This document shows positions 43,814 to 55,680 of a stretch of 64,000 bases of DNA, one piece after another; within the stretch, counting starts at the first letter, position 1, and each line of letters begins with the position of its first letter. This stretch comes from an uncultured Chloroflexia bacterium. Lineage in GTDB: Bacteria; Chloroflexota; Limnocylindria; Limnocylindrales; CSP1-4. The position numbers and the translations under genes were made by a program. Below the pieces are notes generated by a model. That model was not told the origin of the DNA and did no database searches. It saw only the letters and a list, made by a program, of their open reading frames with translations. The DNA lies in the NCBI GenBank assembly GCA_963828165.1, contig CAWHDR010000001.1:2560001-2624000 (forward strand), read 5' to 3'.

Positions 43814-44758
43814 ATGGCCACCATCAGCCGACCGGTACCCGGCGTCGCCGTCCGTCCGAAGCGCTCCGCCGGTCTATGGACGGATGCCTGGAGCCGGCTG
43901 CGCAAGAACCGACTCGCCCTGGTCGGGCTGGTCCTCGTCATCCTGCTCCTGCTCACTGGCGTCTTCGGCCCGCTCCTGGCCCCATGGGACTACAAGACCC
44001 AGGACCTCAAGGCCGTTGCCGCCGCCGGCGGCGGGCCGTTGCCGCCACTCTCGCCAAACCACCTCCTGGGCACGGACCAGCTCGGGCGCGATCTGTTCAG
44101 TCGCCTGTTGGACGGCGCGCGGATCAGCGTCAGCGTGGCCTTCGTCGTCCAGCTCGTCATCCTGATGCTCGGCGTCCCGATCGGGGCGCTCGCCGGCTGG
44201 TTCGGGGGCCGCCTCGACAACCTGCTGATGCGCTTCACCGACATCATCTACGCCTTCCCGGACCTGCTGTTCATCATCCTCCTCTCGGTCGCCTTCCGCG
44301 AGACCGCGTTCGGCCAGGCCATCGACGGACTGCTGATGGTCTTCGTCGCCATCGGCATCACGTCCTGGGTGACGGTCGCACGCCTGGTGCGCGGTCAGCT
44401 CCTCGCCCTCAAGGAGACCGAGTTCGTCGAGGCAGCCCGGGCGATCGGCGTCAAGGACCGCAGCATCGTCACCCGCCACCTGCTACCCAACGGGATGGGA
44501 CCGATCATCGTGGCCATCACGCTGGGCATCCCCGGAGCGATCCTGGCCGAGGCGACGCTGGCCTACATCGGAATCGGCGTCCAGCCGCCGCGGGCGTCTT
44601 GGGGCAGCCTGATCGCCGAGGGCCAGAAGTGGGTCCGCTCGGAGGCACATCTGGTCACCTTCCCGGCCATCGCGATCGCGCTGGCGCTCATCGGGTTCAC
44701 ATTCCTCGGCGACGGCCTGCGTGACGCGCTCGATCCGAAGCTGAAGGGAAAGCAGTAG
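43814..44758 (+). CDS. oppC: Oligopeptide ABC permease
   Basis: LGTDQLGRD, EFVEAARAIG, GDGLRDALDP. Confidence 0.92.
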   Translation: MATISRPVPGVAVRPKRSAGLWTDAWSRLRKNRLALVGLVLVILLLLTGVFGPLLAPWDYKTQDLKAVAAAGGGPLPPLSPNHLLGTDQLGRDLFSRLLDGARISVSVAFVVQLVILMLGVPIGALAGWFGGRLDNLLMRFTDIIYAFPDLLFIILLSVAFRETAFGQAIDGLLMVFVAIGITSWVTVARLVRGQLLALKETEFVEAARAIGVKDRSIVTRHLLPNGMGPIIVAITLGIPGAILAEATLAYIGIGVQPPRASWGSLIAEGQKWVRSEAHLVTFPAIAIALALIGFTFLGDGLRDALDPKLKGKQ

Positions 44759-44759
44759 G

Positions 44760-45865
<1,106 letters not shown>

Positions 45866-45869
<4 letters not shown>

Positions 45870-47107
45870 CGGCCACGGCCGAGCGACCACAGGCTGAGTT
45901 CGTCAACGATCCCAGGAACATCGTCGAGGTAGACGACCTCAAGGTCCATTTCCCGATCCGATCGGGCATCTTCAAGACGGTCGCGGGGTCGGTCAAGGCG
46001 GTTGACGGGGTCACCTTCGACGTCCGCCGCGGCGAGATCCTGGGCCTTGTCGGCGAGTCCGGCTGCGGCAAGAGCACCATCGGCCGCGCGATGATCCGGC
46101 TGCGCGAGCCGACGAGCGGCCATGTCTATTTCGAGGGCACGGACCTCGGCAGCCTCGATGCGGAAAAGCTGCGCAAGATGCGCCGCCGGATGCAGATCAT
46201 CTTCCAGGACCCGTATGGCTCGCTGGATCCGCGCATGACCGTCGGATCGATCGTGAGCGAGCCGCTCGAGACCCATGGGCTGGCGAAGGGCCAGGCCAAG
46301 CGCGACCGCGTCGCGGAGCTGCTGGCGCTGGTCGGGCTGGATCCCAACTACGTCCAGCGCTACCCGCACGAGTTCAGCGGCGGCCAGCGGCAGCGCATCG
46401 GCGTCGCCCGGGCGCTCGCGGTCGAGCCCGAGTTCATCGTCTGCGACGAGCCCATCTCGGCCCTCGACGTCTCGATCCAGGCGCAGGTCCTCAACCTGCT
46501 GGGCGACCTGCGCAAGCGGTTGGGCCTGACCTACCTGTTCGTGGCGCACGACCTGTCGGTCGTGAAGCACATCAGCGACCGCGTCGCGGTGATGTATCTG
46601 GGCAAGATCGTCGAGATCGGGCCACCGGATCAGCTCTATTCCGTGCCGGGTCACCCGTACACCCGGGCGTTGCTGTCGGCCGTGCCCGTACCGGACCCGA
46701 CCGCCGAGCGCAAGCGCAAGCGCGTCATCCTCAAGGGCGACGTCCCGAGTCCCGTCAACCCGCCGTCAGGCTGCCGGTTCCACACCCGCTGCTGGCTGTA
46801 CGAGCGCCTCGGGAAGCCCGAGAACTGCCGCACCGACGATCCGGAGCTGGCCGTCCTCGAGGGCGAGCACCGCGCCGCCTGTCACTACGCGGCGGAGGCC
46901 CAGAAGACCGATGTGGGCGTCGCCCATATCGACGACCGTCCGGTCCGGCACGGGACACCCGACACCGCGCTGGCGTACCTGGCCGCAGAGAAGGTCGCTG
47001 ACCCGGCCGCAGTGGATGCGACCGACTCGACGCGCCTCGAGGCCCCGATCGTGGTCGAGGCCGGGATCGACGACGAGAATCCCGACAAGGAGCTCCCGAC
47101 CGCGTAA
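45866..47107 (+). CDS. oppF: Oligopeptide ABC ATPase
   Basis: [29 protein letters not shown]. Confidence 0.93.
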
Positions 47108-47201
47108 GCGGATCTCGCCCGTCTCGGGCACCCTACGCGGGACGGCCCGGCGGCGATGGGCTTCGCCGCGGACGCCGATCGGCCAACGGGAGTGACCACG
47201 G

Positions 47202-49202
47202 ATGGATCGGACTCGTTCCCGACCGCTCCTGGCCGCCGTCCTGGTAGTCGTGGTCGCCGCCTGCGGGAGCGCGCCCGCTCCGTCACCGAGGTCATCGGTG
47301 GCGCCCACTCCGGTGCTCACGCCATCACCGAGTGCGCCCCCCGAGCAGACCCTGATCGTTGGCATGCCGGGCGAGCTCGTCGGAGGACTGTCGAACACTG
47401 CCGACGGGCTCCCGACGGCCCGGGCGGCCGCGTTCCTCTACAACGGCCTGTACGGGTACGACGAACGCCTGCGGCCCGTCCCGATCCTCGCACGGGACGT
47501 GGCCACTGTGTCCGCCGACGGCCTGACCTGGACCATCGCCCTCCGGGACGACGTCACGTTCCATGACGGGACCCCGCTCACGGCCGATGACGTCGTGCAG
47601 ACCTACGAGGTGGCCACGAGCGGCAATTGCCGGTTCACGCGGCGGCTCTGTCTGACGACGGTCCTGGAGGCGGTCGCCAAGCTGGACGAGCGCACCGTCG
47701 TCTTCACGCTCCGTACGCCGGCCGCGAGCTTCGCCACGACCCAACTCGGGTTGTGGATCGAGAGCAAGGACGCGGTCGATGCATCGTTCGCCCGGTTCCA
47801 GCGGGGTGTCGAGGCAGTCACGGTCCGAGAGGTCACGGGTTACCTGGAGCGCATCTCGGCCGAGGAAGCGAGACCGACCGGACCCGACGGCAGCGTGGAC
47901 TACCTGCAGTTCCGGACCGATGGCGAGGCCCTCCTGCGCCGGGCCGGCATGCAGCTGCCCAGCGAGTCCTTCCATACGACCGATGGCGTGCTCGACGTCG
48001 ATCGCTATGTCGGCGACCTCCGGGCGCGCATCCGGGCCATCGACGCGTCGTTCACGAGCCGGCCCACCGATGCGCTCGCCGCGGCCTACCCCTACCTGGA
48101 CTTCCAGGAAGATCCGGTCGGGACGGGGCCCTTCGCATTCGCTTCGTACGATCCCGGGGTCGGCCTCGAGCTCATCGCCAACGAGGACTACTTCCTTGGC
48201 GCGCCCTCCATCAAGCGCGTGACGTTCCGGTCGTTCGCCTCTGCCGGCGAGGCCGGAGCGGCCCTGTCGAGCGGTGACGTCGACTGGCAGTTCCCGCTCG
48301 ACGATGCCACGTTCGACGCCATCGAGGGCGACCCGGACTACCAGATCGCCGCGTACCCAGAGCTGAGCTTCCTGGGTCTCTACTTCAATCTTCACCCGGA
48401 ATCCGGTGGGCTCTTCCTGGAGCGGAACGTTCGCCAGGCGGTGTCGTACTGCTTCGACAAGCCGGCGACGGCGACGACCGCGACGGACGGGCGCGGGACC
48501 GCGATCTTCAGCGAGATCCCACCGATGTCATGGGCCTACCCGAGCGCGGGGCTGAACGAGTATCCGACCGATCCCGCCCACGCCAGGGAGCTCATCGAGG
48601 CATCGGGCTGGACGCTCGGGGATGACGGCATCTATGCGAAGGCCGGCCGGCGCCTGGCAACCGTCGTCGCCGTACGAGAAGGGTTTCCCGAGCGTGCCCG
48701 CTGGCTCGAGCTCGTGGCCGAGCAGGTCCGGACGTGCGGCATCGATCTCGGGTTCAAGGAGGTCCCATTCACCTCGATCGTGCGGATGCTCGACGTCTAC
48801 CCGCACGTGAACGCGGCGGCGCCGGAGACGCGGCGGCCGTTCGACGCGTACTTCGGTGGCTTCGACACGACGTTGGAACCCGATCCCTTCCGGCTCTACC
48901 ACTCCACCGAGTGCTCGTCGGCCGAGCGGTCGTCCACGTTCAATTTCATCTGCTACCAGAATGCTGCCGTCGATGGGCTGATCGATGCCGGGCGGCTCCA
49001 GACGGACGTTGCCAGCCGGGCGGAGATCTACCAGCAGTACGCCGTCGCCCTGTCGCAGGACCTGCCGGTCATCTACGCCTGGTCCGACGTCGCGCGCGAG
49101 GGCATACGCGCGAGCGTCGGGACGACCGCCGCGGAGGGACTCAGCCTGGACACGCCCACCTGGTTCCACGAGATCGAGAAGTTGACGAACGCCGTCGAAT
49201 AG
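47202..49202 (+). CDS. Family-5 ABC substrate-binding lipoprotein with internal insertion
   Basis: Lipobox VAAC, SADGLTWTIALRDDVTFHDG, PVGTGPF, VRQAVSY. Confidence 0.88.
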   Translation: MDRTRSRPLLAAVLVVVVAACGSAPAPSPRSSVAPTPVLTPSPSAPPEQTLIVGMPGELVGGLSNTADGLPTARAAAFLYNGLYGYDERLRPVPILARDVATVSADGLTWTIALRDDVTFHDGTPLTADDVVQTYEVATSGNCRFTRRLCLTTVLEAVAKLDERTVVFTLRTPAASFATTQLGLWIESKDAVDASFARFQRGVEAVTVREVTGYLERISAEEARPTGPDGSVDYLQFRTDGEALLRRAGMQLPSESFHTTDGVLDVDRYVGDLRARIRAIDASFTSRPTDALAAAYPYLDFQEDPVGTGPFAFASYDPGVGLELIANEDYFLGAPSIKRVTFRSFASAGEAGAALSSGDVDWQFPLDDATFDAIEGDPDYQIAAYPELSFLGLYFNLHPESGGLFLERNVRQAVSYCFDKPATATTATDGRGTAIFSEIPPMSWAYPSAGLNEYPTDPAHARELIEASGWTLGDDGIYAKAGRRLATVVAVREGFPERARWLELVAEQVRTCGIDLGFKEVPFTSIVRMLDVYPHVNAAAPETRRPFDAYFGGFDTTLEPDPFRLYHSTECSSAERSSTFNFICYQNAAVDGLIDAGRLQTDVASRAEIYQQYAVALSQDLPVIYAWSDVAREGIRASVGTTAAEGLSLDTPTWFHEIEKLTNAVE

Positions 49203-49206
49203 CGGT

Positions 49207-50343
49207 TCAGCTCGCCTCGGCAGACGGGGTGGCCGCCCCGGCACCGGCCGTGCCTGGCCCGGTCGTGCCGACCGTGGCGGTCGCGGGACTCGCGTGTGCC
49301 GTCTCGCCCGGCTGGCGGAAATGGCACGCGCACAGGTGCTCGGCGCCGAGGTCGATCAGCGGCGGGACCTCCGCCGCGCAGATCTCGGGGTCGCCCAGTT
49401 GCGCGCGGAGGGGGCAACGCGGATGGAACCGGCAGCCGTGTGGTGGATTGACCGGGCTCGGTACGTCGCCGGTCAGGATCACGCGCTGTCGGCGGATCTC
49501 CGGGTCGGGAACCGGGATGGAGGACATGAGGGCGGCGGTGTACGGGTGTTCCTGGTGGCGGAACAGCTCGCGCCGGTCGGCGAGCTCCGCGATCCGGCCC
49601 AGGTACATCACCGCGACGCGGTCGCTGATGTGCTCCACGACGCCCATGTTGTGGGCAACGAAGACGTAGGTCAGCCCGAGCTCGCGCTGGAGCGAGTTGA
49701 GCAGGTTGAGGACCTGGGCCTGGATGGACACGTCGAGCGCCGACACGGGCTCGTCGCAGACCACGAGGTCGGGTTCGAGCACGAGCGCGCGGGCGATGCC
49801 GATGCGCTGCCGTTGGCCACCGCTGAACTCATGCGGGTAGCGGCGGGCGTGATACGGCTGCAGGCCGACCATGTCCATGATCCGGCTGACCTTCTTGCGG
49901 CGTTCGGCGGCGGTCCCGATGCCATGGATCCTGAGGCCCTCGCCGATGCTGTCGCTGATCGGCGTGCGTGGGTCGAGGCTTGCGTACGGATCCTGGAAGA
50001 TGATCTGCATCCGCCGTCGATACGGCTTCAGCGCGGCACCTCGGACCGCGGTGATGTCCTTGCCATCGAACAGGATGGTGCCCGACGTCGGGTCGATGAG
50101 GCGCAGGAGCAGCCGTCCGACCGTCGTCTTGCCGCAGCCCGACTCGCCGACGAGGCCGAGCGTCTCGCCACGGCGGATCTCGAAGCTGACGCCGTCCACG
50201 GCCTGGACGAGGCCGACCTGGCGCTGGAGGATCCCGCCGCGGACCGGGAAGTGCTTGACGAGGTCCTTGACCACGACCAGCGGGGCCGAGGCGGCCCCGG
50301 GGGATGCGGCGCCGTCGGATGGCAACGTCTGGGCGGCCGTCAT
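49207..50343 (-). CDS. dppF: Peptide ABC ATPase (DppF-like)
   Basis: [25 protein letters not shown]; ATGA overlap with dppD. Confidence 0.9.
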   Translation of the reverse strand: MTAAQTLPSDGAASPGAASAPLVVVKDLVKHFPVRGGILQRQVGLVQAVDGVSFEIRRGETLGLVGESGCGKTTVGRLLLRLIDPTSGTILFDGKDITAVRGAALKPYRRRMQIIFQDPYASLDPRTPISDSIGEGLRIHGIGTAAERRKKVSRIMDMVGLQPYHARRYPHEFSGGQRQRIGIARALVLEPDLVVCDEPVSALDVSIQAQVLNLLNSLQRELGLTYVFVAHNMGVVEHISDRVAVMYLGRIAELADRRELFRHQEHPYTAALMSSIPVPDPEIRRQRVILTGDVPSPVNPPHGCRFHPRCPLRAQLGDPEICAAEVPPLIDLGAEHLCACHFRQPGETAHASPATATVGTTGPGTAGAGAATPSAEAS

Positions 50344-51515
50344 GCGCCGAACCCGCTCTGGCCGCGTGCCGGCAGCGGCTCGAGCCGTTCGCCGTGCTCG
50401 CCACGGGGCATCAGGCCGCCCGCGGCGTCGTGATAGAGCCAGCACCGAACCTGGTGGCCCGGATCGACCGGTCGGAGCAAGGGATGGACCTCGTTCGCGA
50501 TCGCGACGTCTTCCTCGATCTTGGTCGCGCAGCGCGGCGCGAACCGGCAGCCCTTGGGGAGGTCGATGAGGTTGGGGACGTTGCCCGGGATGACCGCGAG
50601 CTCGTCCTTGACGGCCCCGACGACCGGGATGGAGCCGATGAGGCCCTGGGTGTAGGGGTGGAGCGGCTTGCGGTACAGCGACGTCACGTCCGTGTGCTCG
50701 ACGATCTCGCCGGCGTACATGACCGCCACGCGGTCACACATCTCGGCCACGACCCCGAGATCGTGCGTGATCAGCACGATCGCCGTCCCCGTCTCGTCGC
50801 GCAGGTTGCGCATCAGATCCAGGATCTGGGCCTGGATCGTGACATCGAGCGCGGTCGTCGGCTCGTCCGCGATGAGGAGCTCCGGTTCGCACGCGAGCGC
50901 CATCGCGATCATCACGCGCTGGGCCATCCCCCCGGACATCTCGTGCGGGAAGTTCTTGAGGCGGCGTGCAGGATCGGGGATGCCGACCATCTTCAGGAGC
51001 TCCTCGGCGCGCGAATGCGCGAGCTTCCCCTTCATCCCGCGGTGGATGCGCAACACCTCCTCGATCTGGCGACCCACATCCCACACCGGGTTCAACGAGG
51101 AGGTCGGCTGCTGGAAGATCATGCTGATCCGGTCACCGCGGATCTTCCGCATGTCGTCATCCGAGAGCTTCAGCAGGTCCTGGCCGTCGAACAGGATCTC
51201 GCCGTCCTCGATGCGCCCGGGCTTGGCGATCAGCCGCATGATCGACAGGCTCGTCACGCTCTTGCCGCAGCCGGACTCCCCGACGAGGCCCATGATCTCG
51301 CCGCGGTCGACGTGGAAGTCGATGCCGTCGACCGCCCGGACGACGCCGTCGCGGGTGAAGAAGGAGGTGCGCAGGCCCTTCACCTCGAGCAGCGGCTTCT
51401 CGCCGCGCTCCCGGCGCCGCTTGCGCTCCGATGCCGGCCGGATCTCCTCGATGGTGGTCTCGTCCAGAGAGACGCCCAGCGTCTCGGGCAGCGTGGTCGT
51501 GGTCTCGTCGGTCAT
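50340..51515 (-). CDS. dppD: Peptide ABC ATPase (DppD-like)
   Basis: [24 protein letters not shown]; start at MTDETT. Confidence 0.9.
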   Translation of the reverse strand: MTDETTTTLPETLGVSLDETTIEEIRPASERKRRRERGEKPLLEVKGLRTSFFTRDGVVRAVDGIDFHVDRGEIMGLVGESGCGKSVTSLSIMRLIAKPGRIEDGEILFDGQDLLKLSDDDMRKIRGDRISMIFQQPTSSLNPVWDVGRQIEEVLRIHRGMKGKLAHSRAEELLKMVGIPDPARRLKNFPHEMSGGMAQRVMIAMALACEPELLIADEPTTALDVTIQAQILDLMRNLRDETGTAIVLITHDLGVVAEMCDRVAVMYAGEIVEHTDVTSLYRKPLHPYTQGLIGSIPVVGAVKDELAVIPGNVPNLIDLPKGCRFAPRCATKIEEDVAIANEVHPLLRPVDPGHQVRCWLYHDAAGGLMPRGEHGERLEPLPARGQSGFGA

Positions 51516-52456
51516 CGGTTGAGCCTCGGGTCGAGGGCGTCGCGCAGCCCATCGCCGAGCAGGTTGAACGAGAGGACCGTCAGGGCCAGCGCGAGCCCTG
51601 GGAACAGCACGAGATGCGGCGCGGCGAACATCGTGTTGCGCGCGATGCCGATCATGGATCCCCACTCCGCGTCCGGCGGCTGCGTGCCCAGGCCCAGGAA
51701 CGACAGCGCCGCGACTTCAAGGACCGCCGCCGCGATCCCGAGCGTGCCCTGGACGATCATCGGCGTGAGCGCATTCGGGATGATCCGGCGGGTCAGCAGC
51801 CCGAACGACGATTCGCCGAGCGCCCGCGACGCGGTCACGAAGTCGCGCTCGCGGATCGAGATCACGGAGCCACGCATGATCCGAGCGTAGATCGGGATCG
51901 CCACGACGCCGATCGCCAGCTGGGCGTTGAGGAGCCCGCTGCCGAGCACGGTCACGATGGCGATCGCGAGCAGCAGGGAGGGGAAGGCGAGCAGCACGTC
52001 CATGATCCGCATCAGGAAGTTGTCGAGCTTGCCCCCGGCGTACCCCGCCAGCGCGCCGATGAAGCCGCCGATGATGATGGCGAACCCGACCGTCACGAAC
52101 CCGATCCGGAGCGAGATACGGGTGCCGTGCACGACCCGGCTGAAGACATCGCGAACGTTGCCATCGATACCGAAGTAGTACTCCGGCTGGGTCGCGGGGC
52201 AGCCGAGCGCATGGATACACGGCGGCGCGAGCTTCTTGGCACCCTCGACCCCGATGAGGACCTGGTTCGGGGGGTGCGTGGCGATCACGTCGGCGAAGAC
52301 CGCCGTCAAGATGAAGAAGATCAGGACCGTGCCACCGACGATGGCGTTCCGCTGGCGCAGCAGATTGCCGAGCGTGTCCCGCCAGATCGAGGAGGTTCCC
52401 GAGCGTCGTTCCCGCTCGTCGAGGAGCTCCATGGCCGGCGGCGTCGTGACGGCCAT
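51512..52456 (-). CDS. dppC: Peptide ABC permease (DppC-like)
   Basis: DVFSRVVHG, DFVTASRALG, EWGSMI, GDGLRDALDP. Confidence 0.9.
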   Translation of the reverse strand: MAVTTPPAMELLDERERRSGTSSIWRDTLGNLLRQRNAIVGGTVLIFFILTAVFADVIATHPPNQVLIGVEGAKKLAPPCIHALGCPATQPEYYFGIDGNVRDVFSRVVHGTRISLRIGFVTVGFAIIIGGFIGALAGYAGGKLDNFLMRIMDVLLAFPSLLLAIAIVTVLGSGLLNAQLAIGVVAIPIYARIMRGSVISIRERDFVTASRALGESSFGLLTRRIIPNALTPMIVQGTLGIAAAVLEVAALSFLGLGTQPPDAEWGSMIGIARNTMFAAPHLVLFPGLALALTVLSFNLLGDGLRDALDPRLNR

Positions 52457-52458
52457 CG

Positions 52459-53604
52459 TCAGCTCAACCGGATCCGCGGGTCGAGATAGGCGTACGACAC
52501 GTCGACGAGCAGGTTCACGATGACGAAACCGAGCGCGATGACGAGCGTGAAGCCCTGGATGACCGCGTAATCACGGGCGCCGATGGCTTCCGTCACGGCG
52601 CGACCCACGCCGGCAAGGTTGAAGATCGTCTCGGTCAGGACCGCCCCGCCGAACAGACCGCCGAACTGCAGCCCGATGATCGTCACGACCGGCAGGATCG
52701 CGTTGCGGAAGGCGTGCTTGAGGACCACGGGCCGATCGCTCAGGCCCTTGGCCCGGGCAGTCCGGACGTAATCGAGCCCGAGCTCATCGAGCAGGCTCGA
52801 ACGGGTCATCCGGGCGATGATCGCCAGCGGGATCGTGCCGAGAGCCAGGGCGGGCAGGATCATGTGGCGGATCGTGGCGATCAGGAGCTCGCCATCGAGG
52901 CGGACGATCGCATTGAACGTGTAGATGTTCGACAGGAAGTCGATCACGGCGCGGAGTGGACCCTCGAGGTCCTCCAGCCCCCACACCTCGGCCAGGGCCG
53001 GGGCCGACGTGCCGGCCGGGAGGCGTGCGGACGGCGGCAGCTCGAACGGCGTGCCGTTCAACGTGACGGCAAAGAAGTAGGCGAGCAGCAGGCCGAGCAC
53101 GAAGACGGGCGTCGAGACGCCCAGATTGGCGATGAGCATGGTGCCCACGTCCGCGGCCGAGTTGCGCCGGTACGCGGAGACGATGCCGAGCGTGATGCCC
53201 ACGATGATCGCGAAGGTCAACGCGTACAACGTCAGCTCCACGGTCGTCGGGAGGCGCTGGATCAGGAGGTCCGTCACCGGCAGGCCGAACTTGGACGATA
53301 CGCCGAACTCGCCCGCGGCGATGCTCTGGAGATAGATGACGAACTGATTGTCGATGAGCGTCGCGGGGGCCTCGGCGAGCCGCACCTCGATCTGGCCATC
53401 GACGCGGAAGACGCCCGGGACGATGGCCTTGTCGAGACCGTGCTCGATCGCGTACTGCTCGCAGGTCACCGGGTTGGCCCGCTCGCCCAGCGCCGCAGAG
53501 CACGGGTCGCCAGGGATGATGCGGGCGAGGGCGAACACGAGGAAGACGATCCCGATCAGGACCGGGATGCTCAGGAGCACACGCCGGATGATGAATCTGG
53601 TCAT
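52459..53604 (-). CDS. dppB: Peptide ABC permease (DppB-like)
   Basis: IPGDP, LPTTVEL, DYVRTARAKGL, LDPRIR. Confidence 0.9.
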   Translation of the reverse strand: MTRFIIRRVLLSIPVLIGIVFLVFALARIIPGDPCSAALGERANPVTCEQYAIEHGLDKAIVPGVFRVDGQIEVRLAEAPATLIDNQFVIYLQSIAAGEFGVSSKFGLPVTDLLIQRLPTTVELTLYALTFAIIVGITLGIVSAYRRNSAADVGTMLIANLGVSTPVFVLGLLLAYFFAVTLNGTPFELPPSARLPAGTSAPALAEVWGLEDLEGPLRAVIDFLSNIYTFNAIVRLDGELLIATIRHMILPALALGTIPLAIIARMTRSSLLDELGLDYVRTARAKGLSDRPVVLKHAFRNAILPVVTIIGLQFGGLFGGAVLTETIFNLAGVGRAVTEAIGARDYAVIQGFTLVIALGFVIVNLLVDVSYAYLDPRIRLS

Positions 53605-53638
53605 CGGGTCAGCCGAGCTCGCCCCTCATGCGGGTAAC

Positions 53639-53673
53639 GACGAAGGGACGCCACGGCGTGGCGCCCCTTCGTC
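53639..53673 (-). terminator. Intercistronic hairpin after the binding-protein gene
   Basis: GACGAAGGGaCGCCAC-ggc-GTGGCGcCCCTTCGTC near-perfect inverted repeat. Confidence 0.6.
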
Positions 53674-53693
53674 AAACGATCCTCAGATGGAGG

Positions 53694-55430
53694 TCAGGAT
53701 GCGGGTGGCGGCGGGTTCAGGTTGCCACCGAACAGGTAGCCCCAGTACTCGAACAGGCCCTCCCGTCCGACATGGAGCGGGTGCTCGGCGTCCCACTGGA
53801 CGGCGAACGAGGTCACGACGTCTTCGGCGTCGAAGGTCGCGCCGTTGTGGAACACGACACCGTCGCGGAGGGTGCAGGTCCACACGGTCGAGTCGGCATT
53901 CGCCTCGCATGCGGTCGCCAGGAGCGGCTCAGGGGCCGTCCCGCCGATCTCGTACGAGTAGAGCGGCTCCATGATCTGCTCGCAGACCCGGAGAGCCTCG
54001 CCGTCCGTCTCATCGGCGCAGTACAGGCCACCGGGCTCGCCGCCCTGCAGCCAGACGATCTGGTTGCGGTCGCCGGCCTTCATCGCGAACAGCGCCTCGT
54101 TGCCCAGCGGCGACGAATGCGCACCCTCGACATCGGCACGGAAGACCGTGGCCGAGCCGCCGTGCGCGATCGGGACGAGCGGCACGTGCTCCTTGATCTT
54201 GTTGTTGGCGATCGTGTAGGCGGCGTCACGGGCGGCCTGGTCGGCCGTCTGTCCGCCCTCCTGGAGGGGTGCGGTGATGTCGTCGAACTTCGTGCCGAGG
54301 CTTTCGTCGGCGCCGACGCCGAAGAACACATCGAGGAAGTTGGTGACGTCGGGATAGTCCGCGCCCCAGCCGAGGATGAACAGGCCGTCCAGCTCGCCGC
54401 GGCTCGCCGTGGTGAGGTAGGTCGTGTCGTCCTGGACGTCGATCTCGGCGGTGATGTTGAGGTTGGTCTTGAGCTGGTCCTGGATGTCGGTCGCGACATC
54501 GACCGGAGCGGCGATGTAGCCACGCGGCAGGGCCCGCAGGTGAAGCTTCGTCGTGAAGCCGTCGGGGTAGCCGGCCTCGGCAAGGAGGTCCTTGGCCGCG
54601 GCGGCATCGAACTCGTACCACTCGTCACCGGTGCAGCCGCCGGGGATGTCGCACGGCGTGAAGTGCGTGGCGACCGACGATCCGGGCGGGTAGAAGGTGT
54701 CGACGATCCGCTGTCGGTCGATGCCCATGGCGATCGCCTGGCGCACCTTCTCGTTGTCCCAATACTTCTTCGTGTTGTTCATGCCGACGTACATGATGTT
54801 CAGCGCGGTGCGCGGGAACAGCTTGAGCTCCGCATTCGCGCCGATCGTCTCGAAGTCGTCGGGGCCCGGGTTGTCGATCCCGTCGACGGTGCCCGACGTG
54901 AGCTCGACGAGCCGCTGTGCGGGCTCGGTGCTCCAGCGGATGACCGCGTCAGGCGTCAGGGGCGCATCGCCCCAGTAGTCGGCGTTGGTCTCGAGCGCGA
55001 TGTCCGAGCCGGACGTCCACGCCTTCAGCTTGTACGGGCCCGTGCCGTTCGGGTTCCGGAACAGGGCCTCGCCACCGCCAGCGGTCTCCGTCAGGAAGTC
55101 GGAGTCGTTGATGGCCAAGGACGTGAATGCGACCTTGGACAGGAAGGCTGCGTCCGGTGCGCACAGGGTGAACTCGACCGAATTGGCGGCGGTCGCCTTG
55201 ATCGAGCCGATCTGGCCGTTGTAGCCCTCGGTCCCGCAGGCGGAGCTGCCGTCCTCGGGGTAGGACACCGCTTCGAACGGCGCCGTGCTGACGGGTGGTT
55301 GGCTCGCGACGCCGGTGCTGGACGTGGGTGCGACGCTCGCCGGCGCCGCCGGACCACACGCCGCTGCGATGATCACTGCGCTGCCGAGCAGCGCGGTGAG
55401 CCTGAGCGGCAGGCTCGATAAGCGAGTCAT
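53694..55430 (-). CDS. Peptide ABC substrate-binding lipoprotein (DppA-like, circularly permuted)
   Basis: Lipobox AAAC, NGTGPYKL, VRQAIAMGIDR, WGADYPD; family-5 signature found at the C-terminus; GAGGAG RBS before ATG 55430. Confidence 0.88.
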   Translation of the reverse strand: MTRLSSLPLRLTALLGSAVIIAAACGPAAPASVAPTSSTGVASQPPVSTAPFEAVSYPEDGSSACGTEGYNGQIGSIKATAANSVEFTLCAPDAAFLSKVAFTSLAINDSDFLTETAGGGEALFRNPNGTGPYKLKAWTSGSDIALETNADYWGDAPLTPDAVIRWSTEPAQRLVELTSGTVDGIDNPGPDDFETIGANAELKLFPRTALNIMYVGMNNTKKYWDNEKVRQAIAMGIDRQRIVDTFYPPGSSVATHFTPCDIPGGCTGDEWYEFDAAAAKDLLAEAGYPDGFTTKLHLRALPRGYIAAPVDVATDIQDQLKTNLNITAEIDVQDDTTYLTTASRGELDGLFILGWGADYPDVTNFLDVFFGVGADESLGTKFDDITAPLQEGGQTADQAARDAAYTIANNKIKEHVPLVPIAHGGSATVFRADVEGAHSSPLGNEALFAMKAGDRNQIVWLQGGEPGGLYCADETDGEALRVCEQIMEPLYSYEIGGTAPEPLLATACEANADSTVWTCTLRDGVVFHNGATFDAEDVVTSFAVQWDAEHPLHVGREGLFEYWGYLFGGNLNPPPPAS

Positions 55431-55680
55431 GCGCTGAACTCCTCCTCGTGATGCCCCCCTGCAGCCCGTCGCCTCCCTGGCTGGCCGCATGGGACGTTCC
55501 AGTCGCCGCCGAACGTGATCCGGCCGCGAGTCGCGGGAACAGTAGCACCGGCGGGGCCGCCATGCCAGCGTGAAGGACGAGCTCCGGGCATGCTCGGCGG
55601 TGCCGTGGCGCCCGTGGTCGAGCTCGCTTGAAGGGCGCGAACGGCCGGGTCGGCCCCCACGTTCGCGTATGCTCGCGCTC

